In this document: piece by piece, positions 1-10,934 of the stretch
Position numbering within the stretch: the stretch's first letter is position 1
Layout of the letters: every line of letters begins with the position of its first letter
Assembly (NCBI GenBank): GCA_964423445.1
Contig: CAYREQ010000001.1
Span: 129,732-193,731, forward strand
Source: an uncultured Candidatus Saccharibacteria bacterium
Lineage (GTDB): Bacteria > Patescibacteriota > Minisyncoccia > Phycocordibacterales > UBA9973
DNA length: 64,000 nucleotides
Direction: 5' to 3'
Position numbers and translations under genes: made by a program
The notes under the pieces: generated by a model
The model's input: only the letters and a program-made list of their open reading frames with translations
Database searches by the model: none
What the model was told of the DNA's origin: nothing

Positions 1-962
1 ATCACAGCTCCACCTGGGGCTGAGTCTGGTTTTGGAATAGAGCGATTAAAACCGAGGTTGTAAAGCGTAGAAAGGACTCCAGGAGAGCTAGATATATCAT
101 AGCCAGCCTTACCCCACTGGGCTGTTACTTGCCTCATAAATAGACCTACATAGAGATAAGAATAGTAAGGATCTTTTATATCTGTAATTCTTTCAAACCT
201 AGTTTTTGCAATATCAGCATCAGTAGGATATGTGATAATATTTTCCATATTTCCACCTAAATAAAAAACTGATTCTTTGTTTTTTAAATTTTCATCTATT
301 CGTGCCACCGTCTCGGGCTTGAGTCCAGCTATACCAAAAGAAAACTTTGAAAGAGATGCCAAGATTTTGAGTGGTTCAAAGTATGATTTAAAAGATTCTC
401 TGCTATTACCAAAGAATCGGAGCTGTTCACCTATTACTCCACCGAGTAAAATTCTCGGAGAAATTCCAGCATCTTTAGCTGCTTTTTTTATGACATCTTG
501 GTCGCGAATAAATGCAGATTTTAATACTTCCCATTCAGCAGAATCAGCCCATTTATATGCTGTCTGAGCTACTGGAGATTCATTTTTTACAGTTTCAGTG
601 TCGCAATCATTAAATTTTGAAACCAAATTTGTTCCCTTAAAACGCAACAAAGCATTTTCAAACATTTTATCTATTAGTGTGAGGTTACCTGTTTTATCAT
701 AAGTAATCTCTATTTTTCTCGCAGTATCAGGTGCGACTTCTGCCAAGACATGAATTTTACATGATAGTAAAATTTCAATTTTTTCTGGGTCTGCATTTTT
801 AATTTTTGAGATGTCTTCTGTGAAATATTTATTTCTCTCTTTTATTGTCCCACGGACATTGGTGAGTCCAAGTTGCATAGCAAAATAAACAGCTAAAAAA
901 GCCAAGCCAATTACAGCAAGGGCAACAATAAAAATTTGTCCAATAAATTTAAATCTTTTCAC
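1..962 (-). CDS. hypothetical membrane-anchored protein (partial; extends past the window start)
   Basis: A continuous minus-strand reading frame runs from a GTG at 960-962 to position 1 with no stop. The N-terminus (VKRFKFIGQIFIVALAVIGLAFLAVYFA) is one hydrophobic helix followed by a soluble domain. It is missing from the ORF track because it has a non-ATG start and runs off the window. No recognisable family. Confidence 0.45.
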   Translation of the reverse strand, partial: MKRFKFIGQIFIVALAVIGLAFLAVYFAMQLGLTNVRGTIKERNKYFTEDISKIKNADPEKIEILLSCKIHVLAEVAPDTARKIEITYDKTGNLTLIDKMFENALLRFKGTNLVSKFNDCDTETVKNESPVAQTAYKWADSAEWEVLKSAFIRDQDVIKKAAKDAGISPRILLGGVIGEQLRFFGNSRESFKSYFEPLKILASLSKFSFGIAGLKPETVARIDENLKNKESVFYLGGNMENIITYPTDADIAKTRFERITDIKDPYYSYLYVGLFMRQVTAQWGKAGYDISSSPGVLSTLYNLGFNRSIPKPDSAPGGAV

Positions 963-964
963 AG

Positions 965-1035
965 CGGGCGATGAGAGAATCGAACTCCCGCCAACGGTTT
1001 TGGAGACCGTTGTTCTACCACTAAACTAATCGCCC
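965..1035 (-). tRNA. tRNA-Trp (anticodon CCA)
   Basis: The reverse complement reads GGGCGATTAGTTTAGTGGTAGAACAACGGTCTCCAAAACCGTTGGCGGGAGTTCGATTCTCTCATCGCCCG. It has a 7-bp acceptor stem, D-arm, anticodon loop CTCCAAA and a TTCGATTC T-loop. Confidence 0.85.
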
Positions 1036-1112
1036 AAATCTATATAAAGGAACTTTAATAACAAAAACGACCTTATTGGTCGTTTTAAGTATAGCAGAAA
1101 TGCACAGAAAAT

Positions 1113-1271
1113 CTATTTTTTGATTTCTTTGTGCTTCTGCGCTTTTTTACACCATCTGCAGTACTTTTTAAGCTCGATTTTTTTAGTAACGAGTTTCTTG
1201 TTTTTACTAGACCAGTAATTGATTCTTTTGCAGGTCTGGCAGGCAAGTTTTATAAGTCTATCTTGTGACAT
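1113..1271 (-). CDS. rpmG: 50S ribosomal protein L33
   Basis: A 52-aa product, MSQDRLIKLACQTCKRINYWSSKNKKLVTKKIELKKYCRWCKKAQKHKEIKK, with four Cys in the zinc-ribbon pattern typical of L33. It is missing from the ORF track (under 60 aa). Confidence 0.8.
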   Translation of the reverse strand: MSQDRLIKLACQTCKRINYWSSKNKKLVTKKIELKKYCRWCKKAQKHKEIKK

Positions 1272-1311
1272 AGTTATATATTAGTATAAATTGACAAAAA
1301 TTGCAATTGGC

Positions 1312-2280
1312 TTATTTAAATGAAGATTTTAGCTCTTTCTCCTTGCCTTGTCTCTCTATGGCTAGGTCTATCAGCCTATCCAAGAGCTTGGTTTGAGGCA
1401 GCCCACTTGCTTCCCAGAGTTTTGGATACATACTGATGTTTGTAAAACCTGGTATTGTGTTTATCTCATTTACTATTACCCCTCCATTCTTTTTTAGGAA
1501 GAAATCTACTCGCCCTAGTCCTTCACAAGAAAGTGTCTCAAATACTTTTATAGCTAATTCTTGAATTTTCTTTGTAGTCTTGGAATCTATTTTTGCTGGA
1601 ATTTGTATTTCATAACCATCGTCTATATATTTCGCATCATAAGAATAAAATTCTTGATTGGCTATAATTTCACCCAGAACAGAAGCCATAGGGTATTCAT
1701 TTCCTAAAACTGCACACTCTATTTCCCTACCATCTATGAATTCTTCAATGATAATTTTATGGTCATATTGAAATGCGAGAGCTATGGCTCGATGGAATTC
1801 TTTTTCATTATTGGCCTTATTTACCCCGACAGAAGAACCCATATTTGCAGGTTTTATAAATAATGGCAAACCTAATTCTTTTTTAATTTTACTAAAATTT
1901 ATCTCGTCAGTTTTTTTTAGTGTGATAAATTTACCGATAGGTAGACCAGCATTTTTCAAAAGTTTTTTCATTATATCTTTATCCATGCCGACAGCTGATC
2001 CAAGGACTCCGGCACCCACAAATGGAACACCAGATAATTTTAAAAGTCCTTGCATGCTTCCATCTTCACCAAAAGGACCATGCAAGACAGGGAAAACTAC
2101 ATCGACTTTTTTTATAAGAGAAAAATTAAAAATGCCAATCTTTGGAATCTTGATAGGAATTATTTGATACTTACTTTTATCAAGTGCAGCAATGACATTT
2201 TTTGCAGATGCCAGTGATACCTCATGCTCTGCTGATTTACCTCCAAAAAGTACGCCAATTTTTAATTTCTTTTTTGTCAT
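1312..2280 (-). CDS. ddl: D-alanine--D-alanine ligase
   Basis: 322 aa. The N-terminus IGVLFGGKSAEHEVSLASA and the ATP-grasp motifs (GEDGSMQGLLKL, EINTIPGFT) are typical of Ddl. Confidence 0.9.
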   Translation of the reverse strand: MTKKKLKIGVLFGGKSAEHEVSLASAKNVIAALDKSKYQIIPIKIPKIGIFNFSLIKKVDVVFPVLHGPFGEDGSMQGLLKLSGVPFVGAGVLGSAVGMDKDIMKKLLKNAGLPIGKFITLKKTDEINFSKIKKELGLPLFIKPANMGSSVGVNKANNEKEFHRAIALAFQYDHKIIIEEFIDGREIECAVLGNEYPMASVLGEIIANQEFYSYDAKYIDDGYEIQIPAKIDSKTTKKIQELAIKVFETLSCEGLGRVDFFLKKNGGVIVNEINTIPGFTNISMYPKLWEASGLPQTKLLDRLIDLAIERQGKEKELKSSFK

Positions 2281-2302
2281 TAGAACAGTATACTCTCAAG
2301 CA

Positions 2303-3031
2303 TTATTTTTTCAAAATCATACTTTTTAGATCACGAGGTAAACTCGTGATGTGTTTGTAGGCTTCTTTTGTGATGAGCACCATATCTTCTATGCGTACAC
2401 CACCGAATCCTTTGAGGTAGATACCCGGTTCTACTGTCATCACACAGCCTGCTGGTACTATGTCTGTGCTCTTTGGGCTGAAGAAAGGCCACTCATGGAT
2501 GACTGTGCCTACTCCGTGACCTAGGCCATGTTTAAAATTGTCAGGATATTTTTTTGCAATAAATTTACGAGCTACAGAATCTATCACCCCACATCTCTTT
2601 TCTCCAGATTTTATTTTTAATAGGGCTAGGTTCTGAGCTTTTAAAACATATTCATATATTTTCTTTTGTCGTGCATTTGGCTCGCCCCAGAAATAAGTCC
2701 TAGTCATGTCGGAGCAATAATGATTTATGGTAGTGCCGATATCAAACATCACTGTGTCCCCTTTCTTCAATTTTGTTTTATTTGGTATGTGATGAATATT
2801 GGCAATATTTTTACCAAAAGCCACGATTGGTGAAAAAGATAAAATAGGCGCACCATGTTTTATGAAAGATTTTTTTATAAAAGCCTCTACTTGTAGCTCT
2901 GTCACCCCATCTTTTAAAAAAGAAATTGCATCAAGTAAAACTCTCTCGGAAATTCTTTGAGCTTTAATCAAATTGGCTAATTCTTTTTTATTTTTTACTG
3001 CACGTACTTCGTGAACCAACTCATTTTTCAT
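2303..3031 (-). CDS. M24 family metallopeptidase (pita-bread fold; Xaa-Pro aminopeptidase or methionine-aminopeptidase-like catalytic domain only)
   Basis: The metal-ligand motifs are present: KKGDTVMFDIG, HGLGHGVGTVIHEWP, MTVEPGIY, GGVRIEDMVLIT. Confidence 0.75.
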   Translation of the reverse strand: MKNELVHEVRAVKNKKELANLIKAQRISERVLLDAISFLKDGVTELQVEAFIKKSFIKHGAPILSFSPIVAFGKNIANIHHIPNKTKLKKGDTVMFDIGTTINHYCSDMTRTYFWGEPNARQKKIYEYVLKAQNLALLKIKSGEKRCGVIDSVARKFIAKKYPDNFKHGLGHGVGTVIHEWPFFSPKSTDIVPAGCVMTVEPGIYLKGFGGVRIEDMVLITKEAYKHITSLPRDLKSMILKK

Positions 3032-3032
3032 A

Positions 3033-4139
3033 CTAGAATAGTTTTATTACATCATGATATGTAACTATAAGCATAAGTAATATCAAGACTATAAAACCTA
3101 CCATGTTTGCAGTATTAGACACTTTTGGATTTAGTGGTGAACCTTTTATTTTTTCAATGAGAAGAAAGAATAGTCTTCCACCATCTAGGGCTGGGAAAGG
3201 TATCAAGTTTATGATAGCTAGATTTATAGATATAAGAGCTGCAAAAGACAATAGATATACAAAGCCGAATTGGTATGCATCACCTACTATGCCTACCATA
3301 CCTACTGGCCCAGTAACTGAATTAAAGCTACCTTTGCCCATAATACCATCAGAAATAAGCGTATAAAGGCCTACAGCGGTGCTCTTTGAGAGATGTAGGG
3401 TAAGCTTCATTCCCTCATAAAGAGCTTGGTGTGGGGGCAATTGTACTGTACCAATTTGGTCCATGGATATACCAATTACAGGCTTTTCATCGCCATTTGT
3501 TACAGGTGTAATTTTTACATAACTTACATTTTCGCTAGTAAAATCTTTTCCATTTGAGACATAGCCGATTTCAATTTCCTTACCTTTACTTTCTGCCACT
3601 AAATCAACTACAGTCTCAGGGCTATTACTAGAAGGAGAGAAATCTTTATTGCTTATAGAAAATATTTTATCACCACTCTTTAGACCTGCATTAAAAGCAG
3701 GAGATTCTGGACTGACAGATATAATCACTGTGTGGGCATCTTTTATCTCATAGTCTTGATCTTCACCCACAGACGAAGGAAGTCCTGACATGAAACCAAT
3801 AGATAGTAATAACCATGCGAGTAAGAAGTTTGAGAAAATTCCAGCGAATAATACCAAGGCTTGTTGCCAGTGTGGCTTGCTCACAAAGCTCCTATTTGCA
3901 TCTGGACCATGTGTGTTTTCTTCATTTGGATCTTCACCGAAAATTTTTACGAAACCACCAATAGGTAGGAGATTGAAAGTATATTCTGTCTCCCCTTTTT
4001 TAATACCAAAAAGTTTGGGTGGAAAACCAAAGCCAAATTCATCTACTCGAATACCAAATCTTTTTGCAGTAAAAAAATGGCCAAATTCATGAGCTAGGAC
4101 TAATACTAATAAAATTACTATAAAAATAAATATACTCAT
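3033..4139 (-). CDS. rseP: RIP metalloprotease RseP (site-2 protease)
   Basis: HEFGHF zinc motif in the first transmembrane helix, a central PDZ-like region, a C-terminal LDGG motif, and multiple transmembrane helices. Confidence 0.85.
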   Translation of the reverse strand: MSIFIFIVILLVLVLAHEFGHFFTAKRFGIRVDEFGFGFPPKLFGIKKGETEYTFNLLPIGGFVKIFGEDPNEENTHGPDANRSFVSKPHWQQALVLFAGIFSNFLLAWLLLSIGFMSGLPSSVGEDQDYEIKDAHTVIISVSPESPAFNAGLKSGDKIFSISNKDFSPSSNSPETVVDLVAESKGKEIEIGYVSNGKDFTSENVSYVKITPVTNGDEKPVIGISMDQIGTVQLPPHQALYEGMKLTLHLSKSTAVGLYTLISDGIMGKGSFNSVTGPVGMVGIVGDAYQFGFVYLLSFAALISINLAIINLIPFPALDGGRLFFLLIEKIKGSPLNPKVSNTANMVGFIVLILLMLIVTYHDVIKLF

Positions 4140-4143
4140 AAAT

Positions 4144-4683
4144 TTACCCCATTACTTCTGTCTGCTTCTTTTCAAAAGTAGCTTCCAGACTCGCGTTTAT
4201 ATCATTGATAATTTTTTGTAATTCTTCTTTTGCGCTAAATTTTTCATCTTCAGTCATGTTTGCATTTTCCATATCTTTCAATACATTTTCTCTTTCTCTG
4301 CGTACAGTGATTCTTGATTCTTCCAATTTTTCTTTTAGAATTTTTACCAAGTTTTGTCTTGAGTCAGTGGTAAGCTGAGGGAAAATCACTCTCATACCAG
4401 CATCGTCTACGGCTACTGATAAGCCTAGATTTGCTCCAGCTATAGCTTTTTCAATGCCTTTAATTTGAGTTTTATCCCAAGCTGTAATACGCAATGTCTT
4501 TGGGTCTTCAATAGATACAGAAGCTACATTTTTCAAAGGTACAAAAGAGCCATAAGATTCCACAGAGACACTATCTAATACCATAGGCGAAGCACGGCCT
4601 ACGTTTAATTCACGGTATTCTTTACTTAAGAATTCTTCAATCTTCTTTAATTCTGTCTTAAAATTTGAAAAGTTGTATTGCAT
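4144..4683 (-). CDS. frr: ribosome recycling factor
   Basis: 179 aa. The RRF signature region NVGRASPMVLDSVSVESYGS and a charged helical C-terminus. Confidence 0.9.
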   Translation of the reverse strand: MQYNFSNFKTELKKIEEFLSKEYRELNVGRASPMVLDSVSVESYGSFVPLKNVASVSIEDPKTLRITAWDKTQIKGIEKAIAGANLGLSVAVDDAGMRVIFPQLTTDSRQNLVKILKEKLEESRITVRRERENVLKDMENANMTEDEKFSAKEELQKIINDINASLEATFEKKQTEVMG

Positions 4684-4706
4684 ATTTGTATTATATCATG
4701 AAAAGT

Positions 4707-5417
4707 TTAGTTTAAAACAGGTATTACCAAAGCTACTGATTCGATGAGAGTCTTTGGTGAGCTTCCTGGCATACGCAAGATTTCTCTTGTTTTGAAAATG
4801 TGTCTAAAAACTTCCCCATCAACTATATTTTTCTTTATGTTTTTATGCAGACTATATTCGAGAGAATTTAAAAATTTGAGTGTCTTTGCTCTATTAGAAT
4901 CTAAAACAACTACCTCCTCATCTTCCGTATCTTTTTCTGAGAGCATTTCTTTTATAAAATCCAATCTATTTTTCAAAGGCATTTTTATAAACTTTTCTGC
5001 ATCTTTTACCTCTGGCAGACTATCAAACTTTGCGGATATAAAATAAAATCTAGACAATAATGTCTTTAATATATTACTAGTGTCTGGTGTGATGACAAAA
5101 AAGTATGTATTCTCTATCGGCTCTTCAAATAATTTAAGCAAACTATTTTGTGCTTCTAAGAGAAAGTTGTTTGCAAAGATAATAAATATTTTTTTAGTAG
5201 ATGAATACCCTTTTTGATTTCCATAAATTTTTAAATTACGAGCGTCTTCTATTTTAAATGAATCAGTATAAATTTGAACCAAGTCTGGATTGTTTTCTAT
5301 TTTGATTTTTAAACTTTTTATAAAATCAAAAATTACTGGCAATGCTTCATCTTTACCACTTTCAATAAGATACGCATGATGTAAATTGTCCTTATCTAAA
5401 TGCTCTTTTATGCTCAT
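4707..5417 (-). CDS. holB: DNA polymerase III delta-prime-like clamp-loader subunit (degenerate AAA+)
   Basis: It has HAYLIESG in the Walker A position with no GKT, an NSLLKLFEEP sensor region and an LLSRF SRC-like motif. These are typical of the non-catalytic delta' subunit. Confidence 0.5.
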   Translation of the reverse strand: MSIKEHLDKDNLHHAYLIESGKDEALPVIFDFIKSLKIKIENNPDLVQIYTDSFKIEDARNLKIYGNQKGYSSTKKIFIIFANNFLLEAQNSLLKLFEEPIENTYFFVITPDTSNILKTLLSRFYFISAKFDSLPEVKDAEKFIKMPLKNRLDFIKEMLSEKDTEDEEVVVLDSNRAKTLKFLNSLEYSLHKNIKKNIVDGEVFRHIFKTREILRMPGSSPKTLIESVALVIPVLN

Positions 5418-6431
5418 TTATTTTTTACTTAGAACTGCTTTTTTATATACATCTAGGTGCTCCAAAGCTATGCCTGTACCTTTTACCACACAAAAAAGAG
5501 GGTCTTCGGCGAGTGATGCTTTTACTCCAGTCTTTAAATAGATAAGGTCTGTAAAATTTCTAAGGAGAGAAGAGCCACCAGTCATAATAATTCCATGATC
5601 AATGATATCTGACGCGAGCTCAGGTGGAGTCTCTTGCAATACGTCTTTTATAGCTTTTACTATTTGTTTCAATTCACCATCTATAGCTTTTACTATTTCA
5701 TTTGTTGAGACTTGGGCACTTCTAGGCAAGCCTTGGATATAATCTCTACCTTTTATGGTGACCTGGAGCTCTTCTTCGAGAGGCACAGCTGCTCCGATTT
5801 TTATTTTTACTTCTTCTGCGGTCTTATCTCCAATGGCGAGATTGAATGTCTTCTTTATATAATCAGCTATTGCGACATCTATTTTATTTCCAGCACATTT
5901 TACTGAAGTAGATGCCACAATTCCTCCGAGAGAAATCACAGCTACGTCTGTAGTACCACCACCGATATCTACTATCATGTAACCTCTAGATTCATAAATT
6001 GGAATTCCTGCACCAATTGCTGCAAGGATAGGTTCTTTTACTACGTAAGCATTTCTCGCTCCAGCTCTTATCGCAGCTTCTACCACGGCTCGTCTTTCAG
6101 TAGAAGTTACTCCAGCTGGTACTGATACCATGACGTCTGGTTTGAAAAAGCTCCATCGCCCCATAGCTTTATTTATAAAATAGTGGAGCATGGCCTCAGT
6201 GACTCTGTAATCGGCGATGACTCCATCCTTCATTGGTCTATAAGTGATTATAGATTCAGGAGTCTTACCTATCATATCTTTTGCACCAAAACCAATTGCG
6301 AGAATTTTATTGTCTTGCTCTGATACAGCTACGACAGAAGGTTCATTTAATACTATTCCTTTTCCAGGTAAAAATACCAATGTATTTGCAGTCCCTAAAT
6401 CTATTCCTAGTTTCTTTGAAAAAAAGTCCAT
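5418..6431 (-). CDS. mreB: rod shape-determining protein MreB
   Basis: LGIDLGTANTLVF phosphate-1 motif, VDIGGGTTDVAVIS, and actin-fold motifs throughout. Confidence 0.9.
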   Translation of the reverse strand: MDFFSKKLGIDLGTANTLVFLPGKGIVLNEPSVVAVSEQDNKILAIGFGAKDMIGKTPESIITYRPMKDGVIADYRVTEAMLHYFINKAMGRWSFFKPDVMVSVPAGVTSTERRAVVEAAIRAGARNAYVVKEPILAAIGAGIPIYESRGYMIVDIGGGTTDVAVISLGGIVASTSVKCAGNKIDVAIADYIKKTFNLAIGDKTAEEVKIKIGAAVPLEEELQVTIKGRDYIQGLPRSAQVSTNEIVKAIDGELKQIVKAIKDVLQETPPELASDIIDHGIIMTGGSSLLRNFTDLIYLKTGVKASLAEDPLFCVVKGTGIALEHLDVYKKAVLSKK

Positions 6432-6467
6432 AAAAGAAATATAGCATAAATATGCTAGAATAAAAAC

Positions 6468-8405
6468 ATGAAAATCGTGAACGTAATACCACTAAAAAAG
6501 ACCCCTCTAAAAACGGATCTTACGTATTTCACCACTAAAAATATTGAAAATGGGAGCACGGTAATGGTAAATCTTCGCAATAAAAAGACACTAGGATTAG
6601 TGGTCTCAGTAGAAGATGTCTCTGATACAAAAATCAATATCAAAGGTATGGATTTCAATCTAAAAAAAATCCTAGAGGTAAAAGACAAATCAGTATTCTT
6701 GAAAGAATACATAGAATCTGCAGTATTGACTAGTAAATATTTTGCTTCAAATAAAAGTACTGCAATTACATCTCTAATACCAGCTCTATTCATAGAACAA
6801 TATGATAAAATTTCTAAAATTGAAAAGAATAACTTTAAGACTATCTTAAATAAACTAAGTATAAAGACTGAAAAATTACTTTTACAAGAATCACTGGAGA
6901 ATCGTATTTCTATATATAAAACTCTAATCCGTGAAAATTTTGCTTCAAAAAAATCTATTTTTATAGTATTGCCGACCGAAAATGATATTGAAGATTTTAA
7001 AAATGATTTATGTAAAGGTATAGAACAATTCACTTACACTATACATGGAGGAGTATCTACAAAGAAAATTATTGAAAAATTTAATGATATTTTGAATACA
7101 GACCACCCGATATTGATACTGGGCACTGCACCCTTTTTATCTATACCACGCAGAGATATAGGCCTAATAATATTAGAGCACGAGAGCTCCCCTAGCTATA
7201 AAATGGTAGCTAGACCACATTTTGACTTACGTGTTTTTGTAGAAATTTTTGCATCAAAAATCAATGCCAGATTTATCTTGAGTGATAATCTTCTTCGTTT
7301 TGACACAATTGCTAGAAAAGAAATTGATAGACTGATACCTATGTATCCGCTTTCTTTTAGGTTGAACTTCAATAAAGATATCATTATAGAAAATCCAAGA
7401 CCAAAGAAAAATCAAAACGAAGAACAAAGTACAAAAAAAACTTTCAAAATTCTTTCTGAAAATTCAACTAGAGAGATCGTAAGTGCTTTAAATAATGATG
7501 AGAATGTATTTGTGTTTACCTTAAGAAAAGGACTGGCTACACAGACTATATGTGTAGATTGCGGAGAGATGGTGAGTTGTAATAAATGCTCTGCTCCCTT
7601 GGTCTTGTACAATTACAAGAAAGGTAAAGAAAGAGTATTTGTGTGTAATAAATGTGGCGACGAAAAAGAAGGCTTATCTGTCTGCACACATTGCAAGAGC
7701 TGGAATTTAAAACCCTTAGGCATAGGTACAGATACAGTATGTGATGAACTGAAAAAGATATTTCCAAAAAATAAAATTATAAAATTTGATAAAGATTCTA
7801 TAAAAAATAAAAAGGAGGCGAGCAAGGTAATCGAAGAATTTGAAAACTCTACTGGTTCTATATTGGTAGGTACTGAAATGGCTCTATTTTATCTAAAAAA
7901 CAAAGTATCTTTATCAGTCGTATCCTCGCTCGACTCTTTTTGGAGCATACCTAATTTCAGAATGAGTGAAAAAATTTGCCAATTGATAATATCTATAATA
8001 TCTAAAACAAAAGATAAGTTTATAATCCAAACTAAAAATGAAAAAGATGAAGCTTTGACTGCAATTTATTCTAGAAATTTAATCCATTTCATTAGAAAAG
8101 AGCTAGAAGATAGAAAAGAACTCTCTTATCCTCCTTATAAACGTTTCATAAAAATTAAATATATTGGAAATAAAGTTGATACATTAAAGATAAAAGAAGA
8201 AGTGGCAGAAATTCTCAAGGATTATAACCCACTTATTTTTAGTGGATTTTCATCACAAATAAAGAGTAAGTATGTGACAAATATACTTGTAAAAGTCGAT
8301 ATAAAAGACTGGTCGATAGAAAATGTAGACCAAAATTTACTTTCAAAACTTCTATCTCTTCCCCTTTCTTTTGATATATATGTAGACCCAGAAGATCTAT
8401 TATAA
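6468..8405 (+). CDS. primosomal protein N' (PriA)-like, helicase motifs degenerate
   Basis: It has a PriA-type N-terminal 3' DNA-binding-like region and the Cys4-Cys4 zinc-binding insertion (CVDCGEMVSCNKCSAPLV...VCNKCGDEKEGLSVCTHC). Positional homologues of PriA helicase motifs are present (IFIVLPTEND; ILILGTAPFL; IILEHESSPSYK), but there is no GxGKT Walker A and DEEH is replaced by LEHE. Confidence 0.6.
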   Translation: MKIVNVIPLKKTPLKTDLTYFTTKNIENGSTVMVNLRNKKTLGLVVSVEDVSDTKINIKGMDFNLKKILEVKDKSVFLKEYIESAVLTSKYFASNKSTAITSLIPALFIEQYDKISKIEKNNFKTILNKLSIKTEKLLLQESLENRISIYKTLIRENFASKKSIFIVLPTENDIEDFKNDLCKGIEQFTYTIHGGVSTKKIIEKFNDILNTDHPILILGTAPFLSIPRRDIGLIILEHESSPSYKMVARPHFDLRVFVEIFASKINARFILSDNLLRFDTIARKEIDRLIPMYPLSFRLNFNKDIIIENPRPKKNQNEEQSTKKTFKILSENSTREIVSALNNDENVFVFTLRKGLATQTICVDCGEMVSCNKCSAPLVLYNYKKGKERVFVCNKCGDEKEGLSVCTHCKSWNLKPLGIGTDTVCDELKKIFPKNKIIKFDKDSIKNKKEASKVIEEFENSTGSILVGTEMALFYLKNKVSLSVVSSLDSFWSIPNFRMSEKICQLIISIISKTKDKFIIQTKNEKDEALTAIYSRNLIHFIRKELEDRKELSYPPYKRFIKIKYIGNKVDTLKIKEEVAEILKDYNPLIFSGFSSQIKSKYVTNILVKVDIKDWSIENVDQNLLSKLLSLPLSFDIYVDPEDLL

Positions 8406-8409
8406 AGAT

Positions 8410-9084
8410 TTATGAGACGAGTACAGTAAATTCCCCTTTCTGTTTTACAGGATTTTTCTCTAAGTATTCCAAAATTTCTTCTGCTGTACCTGTCTTTATT
8501 TCTTCGTAAATCTTAGTAAGTTCACGAGCCACGCAGACTTTTTTTGTCGGTGCAAACTTATTTAAAGATTCTAAAGTTTTTAAAATCCTGTGAGGGGATT
8601 CATAAAAGGCAAAAGTCCTCTTAGCTTCCGCTATTTCTTTAAAAAGAGTTTCTCTCCCCTTTTTGTGTGGTAAAAATCCAAGGAAAGTGAATTCGTGTGT
8701 AGGTAGACCAGAGGCTGAAAGGGCTGTAATTACAGCTGAAGCTCCAGGTATTGGTATTACTTGCACAGTATCAGTGAGTTCTTCTTTTATTTTTGATACG
8801 AGCATAGCCCCAGGGTCAGAAATCCCTGGTGTCCCTGCGTCTGACACCAGAGCTAAGTCTTTACCCTCTTTTAATAAATCAAAAATCTTGTCAGTTTTTG
8901 AAAGTTTACTTTGAGCATGATAGCTCATTGTAGGTTTTTTTATATCGTATTTATTTAAAAGATTTTTTGTGACTCGTGTATCTTCGCACAAAATCATATC
9001 GACATTTCTCAATGTCTCAATAGCTCGGAGTGTGATATCTCCAAGATTTCCAATAGGCGTAGCGACTACATAAAATTTAGACAT
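8410..9084 (-). CDS. rsmI: 16S rRNA (cytidine1402-2'-O)-methyltransferase RsmI
   Basis: YVVATPIGNLGDITLRAIETL and LCEDTRVTKNLL are tetrapyrrole-methylase-fold RsmI motifs. Confidence 0.85.
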   Translation of the reverse strand: MSKFYVVATPIGNLGDITLRAIETLRNVDMILCEDTRVTKNLLNKYDIKKPTMSYHAQSKLSKTDKIFDLLKEGKDLALVSDAGTPGISDPGAMLVSKIKEELTDTVQVIPIPGASAVITALSASGLPTHEFTFLGFLPHKKGRETLFKEIAEAKRTFAFYESPHRILKTLESLNKFAPTKKVCVARELTKIYEEIKTGTAEEILEYLEKNPVKQKGEFTVLVS

Positions 9085-9086
9085 TT

Positions 9087-9533
9087 TTATATTCTATATT
9101 TTCTATTTCTCCATTTGTCAGCGATTTTTACCCGAGTTAGAGAACGTTCAAGTTCAGCTTCAAAGTGTTCAAAGTCCACGTGCTCTTTATTTTCCATTTC
9201 TTTTCGCATCTGCTCTGCTCTTTCTTTGGCTTGTGCTACTTTATCATCTGTTATTTCTGCAACATGTTCCGCGAAATCAGCCAAGACAGCTACTTCAGTA
9301 ATACCATCTTTGCTCTCTTTAATTTCCACAAAGCCACCGACGACAGCTATAGGTATGCATTCTGTATTTACACAACCGACGACATCGCCTGAAGCAAGTC
9401 CAGATATAAGTGGTATATGAGAAGGTAAGACAGTAATCTCTCCTTCTGTGGTAGGAATACTGACTTGGTCTACCATTTCTTCAAAGACCAACTTTTCAGG
9501 TGTTATTATTTTTAAGTTTAATTGTTTTGCCAT
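9087..9533 (-). CDS. atpC: F0F1 ATP synthase subunit epsilon
   Basis: 148 aa. N-terminal beta-sandwich motifs (ITPEKLVFE, EGEITVLPSHIPLI). It lies directly downstream of atpD. Confidence 0.85.
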   Translation of the reverse strand: MAKQLNLKIITPEKLVFEEMVDQVSIPTTEGEITVLPSHIPLISGLASGDVVGCVNTECIPIAVVGGFVEIKESKDGITEVAVLADFAEHVAEITDDKVAQAKERAEQMRKEMENKEHVDFEHFEAELERSLTRVKIADKWRNRKYRI

Positions 9534-9536
9534 ATT

Positions 9537-10922
<1,386 letters not shown>

Positions 10923-10934
10923 TTAATTTATAAT

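Noticed and set aside
277-567. 96-aa plus-strand ORF from the track
   Set aside because: It lies antisense inside a much longer, TM-anchored minus-strand reading frame (1..962), and its low-complexity translation looks like non-coding antisense sequence.
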